Source of the DNA: Acidobacteriota bacterium
GTDB taxonomy: Bacteria > Acidobacteriota > Vicinamibacteria > Vicinamibacterales > SCN-69-37
NCBI GenBank assembly: GCA_039933635.1
Contig: JBDTNQ010000004.1
Span: 31,880-95,879, forward strand
Direction of reading: 5' to 3'
Length of the DNA: 64,000 bases
A program made the translations under genes and the position numbers. The stretch's first letter is position 1. Each line of letters opens with the position of its first letter. The notes below the pieces were generated by a model that worked only from the letters and a program-made list of their open reading frames with translations, had not been told where the DNA came from and ran no database searches. Shown here one piece after another: positions 1-9,393 of this stretch.

Positions 1-4
1 TCTC

Positions 5-2056
5 CTAACCATCAGCCCCGGGTCTTCGAGACGTCGCGACCCACGCACGCAGCACTTCGGCGACGCTCCAGGCCTGGGCGATGCACCCTCGCGGGGTGAA
101 GGGATCCTCAGCGTCGAAGACCTCGCTGATGGATCCGACCCCCGCGTGGCTCAGGTGGGACACGAAGCCCACCAGCATCGCCCGGGCCTCGAGGTGTCCG
201 GTCGGATGCACCTTGAGCCACGCGTCGACAAATGGTCCGATGAGCCACGCCCAGACCGTCCCTTGGTGATATGCCGCATCGCGCGATCGCAGGTCGCCGA
301 AATACCTGTGGTGATAGTCAGGGGAGCCGGACGCGAGTGATCGCAGTCCGACTGGGGTCAGCAGGGCCGTTCGCGTCGCCTCGAGCACTGCTTCCCACCG
401 CTCCGGCGCAAGGACGGGGAAGGGCAGCGAGATGGCGAGTACCTGATTGGGCCGGCTCAAGGGATCGTTTCCCGCCTCGCCATCCACCACGTCGAAGAGC
501 TGGCGTGTCTTGTCGTTCCAGAACCGCTGATTGAATGATCCGTATGCCGCATCGGCAGCCCGTGCGCATTTGTCTGCAGCGTCCGTGCGACCGGCGTCGC
601 GCATCCATTGTTCGGCGACGCGCAGCGCGTTGTACCAGAGCGCGTTGATCTCCACCGCCTTCCCGCGACGCGGGGTCACGACCCAGTCGCCGACCTTGGC
701 GTCCATCCATGTCAACTGATAGTGGTCCGCGCCCTGCGTCAGCAGCCCGTCCTTCTCGACGCGGATGCCAAAGCGCGTGCCGGCGAGATGGTGATCGATG
801 ATGTCGTCGATCGTCGGGAGCAACTCGGCGAGCATCGCGGCATCGCCCGAGGCACGCACGTAGCGATCGAGCGCATGAACGAACCAGAGCGTGGCATCGG
901 CCGTGTGATAGACCCCGGCCTGTTCGCCCTCGGGAAAGAAGTTCGGGATCAGGCCGTCGCGCACGTGATGGGCGAACGCGCGGAGAATGCCCGCCGCCTC
1001 CTGCGGTCGGCCCGTGCACAACGTGAGACCTTCCAGTGAGATCATCGAGTCCCGGCCCCAGTCGGTGAACCAGTGATAGCCGGCAATGATCGTGTGCACC
1101 GCCTCGCCGTGCGCCTGCGTCCGCGCCACTTCCACCATGCGGCTGACCGGGACGATGATGAATTGATCGGCCGCGAGAGCCAGTTCGGCCTCGAACGAAT
1201 CGTCGACGTCGCCTGCGCGTTGCAGCAGTTTCGCGCGGCGTTGCATTTCCGCGCTGCGAATGTCCGCGGCGCCGACGGCCTCCAGCCGCTCCCAGCTCTC
1301 CGTGGACACCACGAACACCGCCTCGCTGCCTTCGTGCAGCGTCAGCGATACGGTGCCGGGAATCCAGACCGAGCCGTTGTGCGCATAGCCGCGATCGCGC
1401 TCCATCAGGTACTCGAGGTGCGCCTCTTCCGGGTTGTCGAACGCGTGCCGCGCGTCGGCGCCCTGCACGTGCCAATGCATGTCGGGGATGCCGCCCGGAA
1501 TGGTGATGTCGTAGCCTTGCGGCACCTCAACGACGTGCATGCCTTCGGGCCGGACCTGGCCGACCTGTGCGTCGTGCGATCGAACCTGTAGCAACGGCTG
1601 GAGCCGAAGCTCGGCGCGAGCCGTGCCTTCGAGCGCATACGTGATGGCGGTGGTGTTGTGGCGATGCGCCATGAGCACGCGTTTTTCGACCACCACGTTG
1701 CCGGCCTCGTAGCGCCAGACCGGGAGGCCCGCATCGAGACGGAACTCGGCGAGGCGTAGGACGTTGCGCGCGGAGAGTGCGGACGTGTTCTCGTGGTCGA
1801 GCAGCCACTCGTGGCCGTCGATCGTGATCGTGGCGCGCAACTGACAGAGGTAGAGCATGCGGCCGAGCGGCGCCGGGAGGGCGGCGATCAGCAGGCCGTG
1901 ATACCGGCGAGTCAGGCCCCCGCCGACGGTCCCCGACGCGTAGCCCCCGAGACCGTTGGTGACCAGCCACTCGAGATCGAACGACGGCCGCGGTCCCTGG
2001 CTGGCGTCGAACGTCAAGCGCCTCGACGGCCACTCCCCCGGTGCTCTGACCGTCAC
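5..2056 (-). CDS. Glycogen debranching enzyme, amylo-alpha-1,6-glucosidase (GDE_N + GDE_C) family
   Basis: ORF 5..2119(-). N-terminal EWLVTNGLGGYASGTVGGGLTRRYHGLL motif and a long GDE_C-like C-terminal half. Start moved to GTG 2056, which forms a GTGA overlap with the treZ stop and has GGAGG about 6 nt upstream. ATG 2119 would overlap treZ by 67 nt. Confidence 0.8.
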   Translation of the reverse strand: MTVRAPGEWPSRRLTFDASQGPRPSFDLEWLVTNGLGGYASGTVGGGLTRRYHGLLIAALPAPLGRMLYLCQLRATITIDGHEWLLDHENTSALSARNVLRLAEFRLDAGLPVWRYEAGNVVVEKRVLMAHRHNTTAITYALEGTARAELRLQPLLQVRSHDAQVGQVRPEGMHVVEVPQGYDITIPGGIPDMHWHVQGADARHAFDNPEEAHLEYLMERDRGYAHNGSVWIPGTVSLTLHEGSEAVFVVSTESWERLEAVGAADIRSAEMQRRAKLLQRAGDVDDSFEAELALAADQFIIVPVSRMVEVARTQAHGEAVHTIIAGYHWFTDWGRDSMISLEGLTLCTGRPQEAAGILRAFAHHVRDGLIPNFFPEGEQAGVYHTADATLWFVHALDRYVRASGDAAMLAELLPTIDDIIDHHLAGTRFGIRVEKDGLLTQGADHYQLTWMDAKVGDWVVTPRRGKAVEINALWYNALRVAEQWMRDAGRTDAADKCARAADAAYGSFNQRFWNDKTRQLFDVVDGEAGNDPLSRPNQVLAISLPFPVLAPERWEAVLEATRTALLTPVGLRSLASGSPDYHHRYFGDLRSRDAAYHQGTVWAWLIGPFVDAWLKVHPTGHLEARAMLVGFVSHLSHAGVGSISEVFDAEDPFTPRGCIAQAWSVAEVLRAWVATSRRPGADG

Positions 2057-3927
2057 GATGGCCTCCAGGCGCCGGCCTGCGGCGCGAGGACGACCGCGCC
2101 CTCGGGCGGCAAACACCAACCCCCGAGTCGAACCACCGGGAAGACGCCTGGACCGCCGAATGCGGGATCATCACTGGACCAGATCGTGGACCAGCGATGG
2201 CCGGCCGGCGCCGCGAGCAGCGGTTCGGGCACGATGTTCATGTCGAGTTGTCCGCCGAGGTTCACGAGCAGCAGTCGATCATTTTCGAACCGCTCGGCGC
2301 TCCGTTCGAAGAAGCGCAGGACGAACGCCTGCGGGCCGAGCACCGCGCCATCGATGTCGTGGCGATCGTGCATGCGGAAGGCCGCTTCGGACGTGCGCAA
2401 CTGAAGCAGCGAGGCGTGCAGCGCCCGGATCGCCGAACGCTCGGGCGTCTCATCACGACGCAGCTTGCACCGCTCGAATGTGTCGCGGTCACAGGGATCG
2501 CTCATGATGCCCGAGCGCACGGCATCGGCAACGCTCGGAAACTGCCCGAGGAAATCCCGTCGTCCCGCTCGAATGAGGTCCGCCAACCCGCCGCCGTGAT
2601 CGGCGAAATAGAGGAACGGCACCGGCGCGGCGAACTCCTGCCCCTGAAACAGCATTGGAACCCATGGACCGAGGAGCAGCAGCGCGGTCAGCGCACGCAG
2701 CTTGCCGGCACTGGTCACGTCGTGCAGCCGAAATCCGTGAGACGAGTTCGCAATCTGATCGTGGTTCTGCAGGAACGCCACGAAGGCATCGGCGGGGTGA
2801 CGCAAGGCCGGGGTGCCGCGGCCCTTGTCCTGCCACGAGTACCACTGTCCCTGATACAGGAAGCCGTACTTGGCGGCCGAAATGAACTCCTGCGGCGAGC
2901 CTGCGTAGTCGGTGTAATAGGCTTCGCGCCGTCCCGTGGCCGCCACCATTGCCGCGTGGTGCAGGTCGTCGTTCCACAACGCATCGAGTCCCTGGCCGCC
3001 CGTGTCGATGCTCGAGGTCAACTCGCTGTCCTGCGGTTCGCTCTCACCGACCACCCACGTTGCTCGTCCGTCCGCGGCCTGCCGGACCGCGGCTGTGACC
3101 TCGGCGAGAATGTGCGGCGTCGATCGATCGTGGATGGCCTGGGTCGCATCGATGCGTAGTCCGTCCAGATGGAACTCGCGGATCCAGTACGCGGCGTTGG
3201 ATACGAAGAACTCACGAACCCCCGCGGACAACGGTCCGTCGAAGTTGATGCCCTGGCCCCATTCGTTGCCGTCGTCGCCAAAGTACGCGCGCGTGAACGG
3301 CGCCAGGTAGCAGCCGTCCGGTCCGAAGTGGTTGTAGACGACGTCGAGAATCACCCCGATGCCAAGGTGGTGGGCGGTGTCCACGAAGTCGCGGAAGTCG
3401 TCGGGCGCGCCGTAGAGGCGTGTCGGCGCGAAGAGGTTCACGCCGTCATATCCCCATCCGAAGTCACCGGCGAAATCAGCGACCGGCATGATCTCGACGC
3501 AGGTCACGCCCAGTTCGGCGAGTGCCGCGAGTTCCCGCGCGGCAGCTTGCCAGGTGCCGTCGGCGGTGAAGGTGCCGATGTGGATCTCATACACAACCAG
3601 CTCTGAACGACGGATGCCTGGCCACCCGTCATCCGTCCACCGATAGGTGCCGGGAGCGACGACCGCGGACGGGCCGTGCGGGCCGTCCGGCTGAAAGCGG
3701 GACGCGGGATCCGGCAACGGCGAGCTGTCATCCACCGTGATGCGATAACGATCGCCCGCCACCGAACCCTGGATCAGCCCTTCGAAGTAGCCATTGCCTT
3801 CCGACCGGAGGGCAATAGGCGGATCTGTCTCGATCTGAATCTCGACGCGTAGGTGGTTGGGCGCCCAGACCCGGAAGTGCACGCCCGCAGGCTGGATCTC
3901 GGCACCGACAGGGCACGCGCGGTGCAC
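2053..3927 (-). CDS. treZ: Malto-oligosyltrehalose trehalohydrolase
   Basis: ORF 2053..4029(-). GVHFRVWAP N-terminal domain followed by a GH13 catalytic core (VYEIHIGTFT, ILDVVYNHFGPDG, GLRIDA). GTG 3927 (AGAGG upstream) is preferred over TTG 4029, but the start is uncertain. Confidence 0.85.
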   Translation of the reverse strand: MHRACPVGAEIQPAGVHFRVWAPNHLRVEIQIETDPPIALRSEGNGYFEGLIQGSVAGDRYRITVDDSSPLPDPASRFQPDGPHGPSAVVAPGTYRWTDDGWPGIRRSELVVYEIHIGTFTADGTWQAAARELAALAELGVTCVEIMPVADFAGDFGWGYDGVNLFAPTRLYGAPDDFRDFVDTAHHLGIGVILDVVYNHFGPDGCYLAPFTRAYFGDDGNEWGQGINFDGPLSAGVREFFVSNAAYWIREFHLDGLRIDATQAIHDRSTPHILAEVTAAVRQAADGRATWVVGESEPQDSELTSSIDTGGQGLDALWNDDLHHAAMVAATGRREAYYTDYAGSPQEFISAAKYGFLYQGQWYSWQDKGRGTPALRHPADAFVAFLQNHDQIANSSHGFRLHDVTSAGKLRALTALLLLGPWVPMLFQGQEFAAPVPFLYFADHGGGLADLIRAGRRDFLGQFPSVADAVRSGIMSDPCDRDTFERCKLRRDETPERSAIRALHASLLQLRTSEAAFRMHDRHDIDGAVLGPQAFVLRFFERSAERFENDRLLLVNLGGQLDMNIVPEPLLAAPAGHRWSTIWSSDDPAFGGPGVFPVVRLGGWCLPPEGAVVLAPQAGAWRPS

Positions 3928-4089
3928 GGTGACCTCTGCTGTCGTGGCCGACAGGGCTCGTGGAGATGACAGTGGAGCCTCCTCGTCTTCTGCCCAGCAG
4001 GACGAAAGTGATTGTGAACGATGTGACAACGAACCGCCAGCTCACGCGTCGAGGCGTCAGCGGTCGATGACGCACGCTAGACACACGCA

Positions 4090-4119
4090 GGGAGGCACCG
4101 GCGTGAGCCGATGCCTCCC
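4090..4119 (-). terminator. Terminator-like GC-rich hairpin downstream of csbD
   Basis: GGGAGGCAC-CGGC/GTGA/GCCG-ATGCCTCCC forms a stem of about 13 bp with one mismatch, about 20 nt after the csbD stop. There is no clear U-tract. Confidence 0.35.
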
Positions 4120-4138
4120 CGTGACACGTTGCCGTTGT

Positions 4139-4363
4139 CTACCGCGCCGCCTTCGCGTCTTCGATGTCCTGACTGGCCAGGAAGCGGTCTACCTCTTCGC
4201 GGGCGCGCTCCTTGGCATAGCCATAGCGCTCCTGAACGAAGCCGGCCAACTTCTCTGCGTTGCCCTGCGCCTGTGTCAGTTCGTCATCGGTGAGCTTGCC
4301 CCACTGGGCTTTCGCCGCCCCCTTCCACTGACGGAACTTGCCTTCGATCTGATCGGTGTTCAT
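4139..4363 (-). CDS. csbD: CsbD-family general stress protein
   Basis: 74 aa. MNTDQIEGKFRQWKGAAKAQWGKLTDDELTQAQGNAEKLAGFVQERYGY is the typical CsbD repeat pattern. AGGAGA RBS upstream. Confidence 0.85.
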   Translation of the reverse strand: MNTDQIEGKFRQWKGAAKAQWGKLTDDELTQAQGNAEKLAGFVQERYGYAKERAREEVDRFLASQDIEDAKAAR

Positions 4364-4375
4364 GTTGTCTCCTGA

Positions 4376-4963
4376 CTACTTTTTCGGACCAATGGTGAGG
4401 TCGTTGACGACGCGCGTCACGCCCTCGGTGTCTTTTGCCAGAACTTCAGCGCGAGCCTTGCCGGCGCTCGACGGAACGGTGCCCTTGAGAGTGACCACGT
4501 TGTTCTTCGTGTCCACGTTGATGTCGCTGTCCTTCAGGGCGTCTTCGCCGAGGAAGAACCACTTCACTTTTGTCGTGATCCACGCGTCATCAATCTTGGC
4601 GCCAGTTTTATTGAGGCCGGCCTTCGTGCGATCCGTCAGGGTCTTGTCTGCGTCCGGCGTGACGGTGATGTCGCTCTCCACCCGACGGACGCCGGTGACC
4701 TGCGCCAGGCGCGCGGCTTCGGCCTTTTGCGCGGCTGTCGCCACCTGCCCGGACAGCATGGCGATGCCGTCGTCGACCTTGACCTTGAGGTCGTATTTCC
4801 GGACCGCGGCGTTCGTCTCGAGACGGAATGCGATGCGATCCGCCAGATTCGCGTCCGTAGGTTTTGCGGCGACGGTCTGAGCCGTGACGGCCGGCGGAAC
4901 GATCGCTGCCGCCGCGAAGACGGACAGCGCGGCGACGAACCCGATGTGCGTTCTCAGTGACAT
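4376..4963 (-). CDS. BON-domain (OsmY-like) periplasmic stress protein
   Basis: Signal peptide plus two BON-like modules (KVKVDDGIAMLSGQVATAAQKAEAARLAQVTGVRRV and DVDTKNNVVTLKGTVPSSAGKARAEVLAKDTEGVTRVVNDL). AGGAGG RBS upstream. Confidence 0.85.
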   Translation of the reverse strand: MSLRTHIGFVAALSVFAAAAIVPPAVTAQTVAAKPTDANLADRIAFRLETNAAVRKYDLKVKVDDGIAMLSGQVATAAQKAEAARLAQVTGVRRVESDITVTPDADKTLTDRTKAGLNKTGAKIDDAWITTKVKWFFLGEDALKDSDINVDTKNNVVTLKGTVPSSAGKARAEVLAKDTEGVTRVVNDLTIGPKK

Positions 4964-4972
4964 GCAGTCCTC

Positions 4973-5614
4973 CTATTTTTCCCGCGTAACGTTTTGAAGA
5001 CCGATCGGCTGGATGTCGTAGTTTTCCAGCACGACGTTGTTCGAGTCCTTGTCGAAGATCACCTTGGTCGCGACCGAGGCCTTACCCTCGCCCTTGCCGT
5101 CTGATCCGACGCGGAGTTCCACCAGGGTGAAGGGATAGTCGAGCGTGCGTGAGCCGCTTCGCATCTCCCAGATGCTCATGGGCCGGTCTGTGATCAACAC
5201 CACGCGCTCGGTGTTATTGGGTCCGAGGACGCGGCGCGCGAAATGAATCTCCTGGCCGATACTGCCAGCGGCCGCGATCGAGCCGGCGCGCGGCATGTCC
5301 TTCAGTTTGTCCAACACCGCGTCCGGACCCTTCTCGCGAAGCGCGTTCACCAGCGCGTCCCGCTCCGCATCGGTGGACCAGCGCGATATCACGATCGACA
5401 CCGGCGTCGTCGCGGGGGCCGCGCCGGCCGCGGACATGTTCACGGCCGTGGCGGTGAACCGCTCGGTCGCGGCCGCAGTGGCTTGCGCGGACTGCGGCGG
5501 GCGCGTCGCTTGCGTCGATTGAGCCGCTTGGACCCGACATACCAGGGCGACGGACGTGAGCGCACAGAGGGGAAGGACGAATAGCGAGATCAACGACGTT
5601 CGCTGCCGCATCAT
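4973..5614 (-). CDS. Secreted hypothetical protein, first gene of the stress operon
   Basis: ORF 4973..5800(-) trimmed to ATGATG at 5614, with AAGGAG at 5626..5621. The product begins MMRQRTSLISLFVLPLCALTSVALVCRVQAAQS, a signal peptide. No family recognised. Confidence 0.6.
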   Translation of the reverse strand: MMRQRTSLISLFVLPLCALTSVALVCRVQAAQSTQATRPPQSAQATAAATERFTATAVNMSAAGAAPATTPVSIVISRWSTDAERDALVNALREKGPDAVLDKLKDMPRAGSIAAAGSIGQEIHFARRVLGPNNTERVVLITDRPMSIWEMRSGSRTLDYPFTLVELRVGSDGKGEGKASVATKVIFDKDSNNVVLENYDIQPIGLQNVTREK

Positions 5615-5638
5615 TGGGGGCTCCTTGCCCTCTGGTTG

Positions 5639-5655
5639 AGCAAGAGCTGGGCCAA
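5639..5655 (-). promoter_or_regulatory. Sigma-54 (-24/-12) promoter candidate for the secreted-protein/BON/csbD operon
   Basis: Minus strand reads TGGCCCAGCTCTTGCT, with exact GG-N10-GC spacing against the consensus TGGCACG-N4-TTGCW. The -12 C lies 26 nt from the ATG at 5614, so the predicted TSS is just 5' of the SD. Confidence 0.55.
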
Positions 5656-5708
5656 TTGAAAAATGGCGGGTGATACGCAGCAACCACCGGAAGTCCAACG
5701 GGAGCCAT

Positions 5709-5734
5709 GGGCACCTCGATGCTAAGAAGTGCCC
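5709..5734. promoter_or_regulatory. Inverted repeat GGGCAC-N14-GTGCCC between divergent sigma-54 promoters (candidate activator site)
   Basis: Perfect 6-bp arms at 5709-5714 and 5729-5734. The centre is about 69 nt upstream of the -24 of the minus-strand promoter and about 55 nt upstream of the -24 of the treY promoter. Confidence 0.35.
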
Positions 5735-5774
5735 CGGTGATGCCCCGTGCGAATCGCTTGACGGGCGGTGCGCG

Positions 5775-5790
5775 TGGCCCATCTTCTGCA
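5775..5790 (+). promoter_or_regulatory. Sigma-54 promoter candidate for treY
   Basis: TGGCCCATCTTCTGCA with GG-N10-GC spacing and the same TGGCCCA -24 half as the divergent promoter. The -12 C lies 16 nt from ATG 5805, which implies a nearly leaderless mRNA. Confidence 0.4.
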
Positions 5791-5804
5791 GGGTCGTCAA
5801 GGCG

Positions 5805-8465
5805 ATGAATGCAGACGTCCCCGGCTATCCGAGCAGCACCTATCGTCTTCAAATGCGATCGGGCTTTGGGTTTCGCGACGCCCTCGCGGCCGTGCCGTAC
5901 CTGCACGCCTTGGGCATCTCCGATCTCTATCTATCTCCGATCGCAACGGCCAGGCAGGGCAGCGAGCACGGCTACGACGTCGGCGATCCGAACACGCCGG
6001 ATCCCGCTCTGGGCACGACTGACGAGTTCGAGGCGTTGGTCCAGGCTGTCCAGCAGCACGAAATGGGGCTGCTGCTCGATGTCGTCCCTAATCACCTGGC
6101 CGCAGACGAGCGGACCAATGTCTGGTGGAGGGACGTGCTCCAACGCGGCGCGGCATCGCCCTTCGCGCACTTCTTCGACATCGATTGGAACCCCACGCGC
6201 ACGGCCATGGCCGGGAAAGTGCTGTTGCCTGTTCTTGGCGCGCCCTACGGGGAGACCTTGGCCTCCGGCCAGCTGCAGGTCGTCACCGATGAGGACGGAT
6301 GGCGACTGGCTTACGGCGATCGCCGGTTTCCGCTAATCAATCCGCACGGCGAGGATCTCTCCGCGATTAACGGTATCGCGGGACATCCCGCGTCATTCGA
6401 TCGTCTGCACGGCTTGCTCGAGGCCCAGCACTACCGTCTGGCCGACTGGCGGACCGCGTCGCAAGAGATCAACTACCGCCGATTCTTCAACATCGAACAC
6501 CTCGTAGGGCTTCGCGTCGACGAGCAGGATGTGTTCGAGGCCTCTCACATGTGGCTTCGGCGTCTGCTGCGACGCCGCGCCATCACCGGCGTGCGGGTCG
6601 ATCATCCCGACGGTCTCGCCGACCCGGCCGAGTACCTGAGGCGGCTGTGCCGCCTGGGATCGGATGAGCTCGATGAACTGAACCAGGAGGTGATACCCGC
6701 GCGGCCCTATGTGGTGGTCGAGAAGATTCTCGTTCCGGGGGAACGGCTGCCCGAGTCGTGGCCGGTCGCCGGCACGACGGGGTACGAATTCCTGAATGTA
6801 CTCAACGGGCTGTTCATCGCGCGCCACCACATGCCGATGCTCGCACGCATTTACACCCGCTTTGCCGGTCGTCGCCCGTCGTTTGCAGAGACCGGGTACA
6901 TCGCCAAACGGCAGGTCATGGAGTCGACGTTCACCGCGGATCTGGATCGCCTGCTCGTGCTTCTCCATGCGATCGCGGAGGGCGACAGGGTGACGCGTGA
7001 CTTCACCCGGCATGGCCTTCGTCGCGGCCTCGTGGAGATCACGGCGGCGTTGGCTGTGTATCGGACCTACGTCACCTGTCAGGGCTGCTCTTCGGAAGAC
7101 CGGGCGTGGCTCCTCCAGGCCTGCCAGTCCGCTGACCAACGCAACCCCGATCTGGAGACCGCGTTGCTGATGTTCATCCGCGACACCATCGTCGAAGCCC
7201 AGGCGGACCCGGCCCGCCTGGAGTTCGCGGTCCGCTGGCAGCAGTTCACTGGGCCGGTGTTCGCCAAAGCCGTGGAAGACACGGCGTTCGTCCGCGACAG
7301 CATGCTGGTGTCGTTGAATGAAGTCGGCGGCGATCCGGCGCATCCGGGCACCGGCGTACGTGAGTTTCACACGCTCAATCAGGAACGCCGGGAGCGGACA
7401 CCATTCGGATTGCTGGCGACGACCACGCACGACACGAAGGTCAGCGAGGACGTGCGTGCGCGGCTCGATGTCCTGTCGGAATTGCCGGACGCGTGGGCGC
7501 AGGGTCTGGCGGAGTGGCGTCGTCTGAATCAGCGACACCGCGTCCTGACGCCGCAGGGCGCCGCACCAGACCGCCACGACGAATACCGGTTCTATCAACT
7601 GTTGGTCGGCCTCTGGCCAGCCGACGGTTCATCAGCGCCCGCATCGGTCGTCGAGCGATTGACGGCGGTCATGATCAAGAGCGCGCGCGAGGCCAAACGC
7701 CACACGAACTGGATTCGCCCGGATGCGACCTATGAGGACGCGCTGACCGCGTTCGTGCGCGACGCCATCGGCCGGGACCTCGCGTCCCCATTCATTCGAT
7801 CGCTCTCGGCATTCGCGCGATGCGTCGCGAAGGCCGGGATGGTCAACTCGCTGGCCCAGACAGTACTGAAGATCGGATCGCCAGGCGTGCCCGACTTCTA
7901 TCAGGGAACCGAGCTGTGGAGTCTTCGCCTGACCGACCCCGACAACCGCGCGGTGGTCGATCTCGAATACCGCCAGCGACTGCTGCAGGACCTGAACGGT
8001 GCCATGGCGACGGCGGGCGAGGCTGACCGGCCTGGTCTGGTCAGCGACCTTCTCAATCGATGGGAAGACGGCGTGGTCAAGATGTTCGCGATCACCGAAG
8101 CGCTGCGGCTCCGGAGATCCTGCCCGGCGCTGTTCACCACAGCCGAGTACCTCCCGCTCACCGCCCAGCTGGATCCCATCGTTCCCTCCGGCCCTCAGGT
8201 CGTCGCGTTCGTTCGGCGCATGTCGCGCCACGTCGCGTTGGTGGCCGTGCCCCGATTCACCGCCGCCATCGTGGACCAGGGCCGTTGGCCGATCGGAACG
8301 GACGTGTGGGGGGAGGCGATGCTGAGTCTGCCAGCCGGCTGCGAGAGCCTGACGTTCTCCAACGTCTTCACCGGGGAGAGGCTCGGCGCCGCCGATGGTG
8401 GTCTGCGCGTCGCCGCGCTACTCCGCCGATTTCCGGTCGCACTCGCCGTCGCGGGCCTCGAGTAA
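5805..8465 (+). CDS. treY: Malto-oligosyltrehalose synthase
   Basis: ORF 5670..8465 trimmed to ATG 5805. N-terminus STYRLQMRSGFGFRDALAAVPYLHALGISDLYLSPI and DVVPNHLA are typical of TreY. Confidence 0.9.
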   Translation: MNADVPGYPSSTYRLQMRSGFGFRDALAAVPYLHALGISDLYLSPIATARQGSEHGYDVGDPNTPDPALGTTDEFEALVQAVQQHEMGLLLDVVPNHLAADERTNVWWRDVLQRGAASPFAHFFDIDWNPTRTAMAGKVLLPVLGAPYGETLASGQLQVVTDEDGWRLAYGDRRFPLINPHGEDLSAINGIAGHPASFDRLHGLLEAQHYRLADWRTASQEINYRRFFNIEHLVGLRVDEQDVFEASHMWLRRLLRRRAITGVRVDHPDGLADPAEYLRRLCRLGSDELDELNQEVIPARPYVVVEKILVPGERLPESWPVAGTTGYEFLNVLNGLFIARHHMPMLARIYTRFAGRRPSFAETGYIAKRQVMESTFTADLDRLLVLLHAIAEGDRVTRDFTRHGLRRGLVEITAALAVYRTYVTCQGCSSEDRAWLLQACQSADQRNPDLETALLMFIRDTIVEAQADPARLEFAVRWQQFTGPVFAKAVEDTAFVRDSMLVSLNEVGGDPAHPGTGVREFHTLNQERRERTPFGLLATTTHDTKVSEDVRARLDVLSELPDAWAQGLAEWRRLNQRHRVLTPQGAAPDRHDEYRFYQLLVGLWPADGSSAPASVVERLTAVMIKSAREAKRHTNWIRPDATYEDALTAFVRDAIGRDLASPFIRSLSAFARCVAKAGMVNSLAQTVLKIGSPGVPDFYQGTELWSLRLTDPDNRAVVDLEYRQRLLQDLNGAMATAGEADRPGLVSDLLNRWEDGVVKMFAITEALRLRRSCPALFTTAEYLPLTAQLDPIVPSGPQVVAFVRRMSRHVALVAVPRFTAAIVDQGRWPIGTDVWGEAMLSLPAGCESLTFSNVFTGERLGAADGGLRVAALLRRFPVALAVAGLE

Positions 8466-8538
8466 ACGCGGCGACGCCACGCTGCCGAATTTGGTATCGT
8501 GACTTCGCATCCTGGACACGTCCTCCCACGGAGTCGAG

Positions 8539-9393
8539 ATGAACCTCGCGTCTGTACCGCTTCCCGGCCGCCGGGCTGCGCTCGTTGTGGGCCACCCAGG
8601 CCATGAACTTCGCGTGCATCGCTGGATCGAATTGGCGAAGCCGGAGACGTGCGTCTTGACCGACGGTTCCGGACGGACCGAGCGGTCGCGGCTGCCATCC
8701 ACTTCACGCGTGTTGATGTCTGCAGGCGCGCGCCCGGGCACCGTTTTTGGCTCGTTTGCCGATGCCGAAATCTACGATTTGATTCGCAGGGGCTCCCCGG
8801 CCCCGTTTGTCGAGGTCATGGCGATACTTGCGGACCGATGGATCGCCGCCGACGTCGACTACGTCGTCGCGGACGCCCTCGAGGGCTTCAATCCCAGCCA
8901 CGACATCTGCCGGTACTTGGTCAACGGCGCGGTGGCGCTCGTGCGGAAGCACACGGGACGCGTCGTGGCGAACTTCGATTTCCTGCTCGATGGCAGTCCC
9001 ACGTCGTGTCCGGACGATTTGAAATCCGCGGCCGTCGTTGTGAACCTGGACGATGAAGCGCTGGCTCGGAAGCTCGCGGCAGCGCGGGGATATCCCGAGC
9101 TGCAGGGCGAAACCGACGCGGCATTGGCGCGGTTCGGACCCGCGGCATTCGCGGTCGAAATGCTGCGACCCGTGTTGGATGTTCGCCAGGGCGTCGACGC
9201 GATCGATCCGGACCCACCGTTCTACGAGGCCTTTGGCGAGCGACAGGTTCGAGCGGGACACTACGACTCAGTGATCCGTTACCGTTCTGCCGTCCAGCCA
9301 CTTGTGCGGGCCATCTGGCATCAGGCCGGCCTGGAGTCCGCCGGGATGACGACCGACACCGTGACTTCGTCGGCAACGGGCGGCTGCAGGTAG
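8539..9393 (+). CDS. LmbE/PIG-L-like deacetylase-fold protein with variant motifs
   Basis: VVGHPGHE...LTDGSG...NPSHD resembles the PIG-L AHPDDE/TxG/HxDH pattern but with substitutions. The 3' end overlaps the convergent GT4 gene by 73 nt. Confidence 0.4.
   Translation: MNLASVPLPGRRAALVVGHPGHELRVHRWIELAKPETCVLTDGSGRTERSRLPSTSRVLMSAGARPGTVFGSFADAEIYDLIRRGSPAPFVEVMAILADRWIAADVDYVVADALEGFNPSHDICRYLVNGAVALVRKHTGRVVANFDFLLDGSPTSCPDDLKSAAVVVNLDDEALARKLAAARGYPELQGETDAALARFGPAAFAVEMLRPVLDVRQGVDAIDPDPPFYEAFGERQVRAGHYDSVIRYRSAVQPLVRAIWHQAGLESAGMTTDTVTSSATGGCR

Noticed and set aside
5708-5724. TGGGCACCTCGATGCTA read as a possible sigma-54 promoter for treY.
   Set aside because: The match is poor outside GG/GC. 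The sequence is better explained as the left arm of the GGGCAC-N14-GTGCCC inverted repeat, and a much better promoter match lies at 5775..5790.
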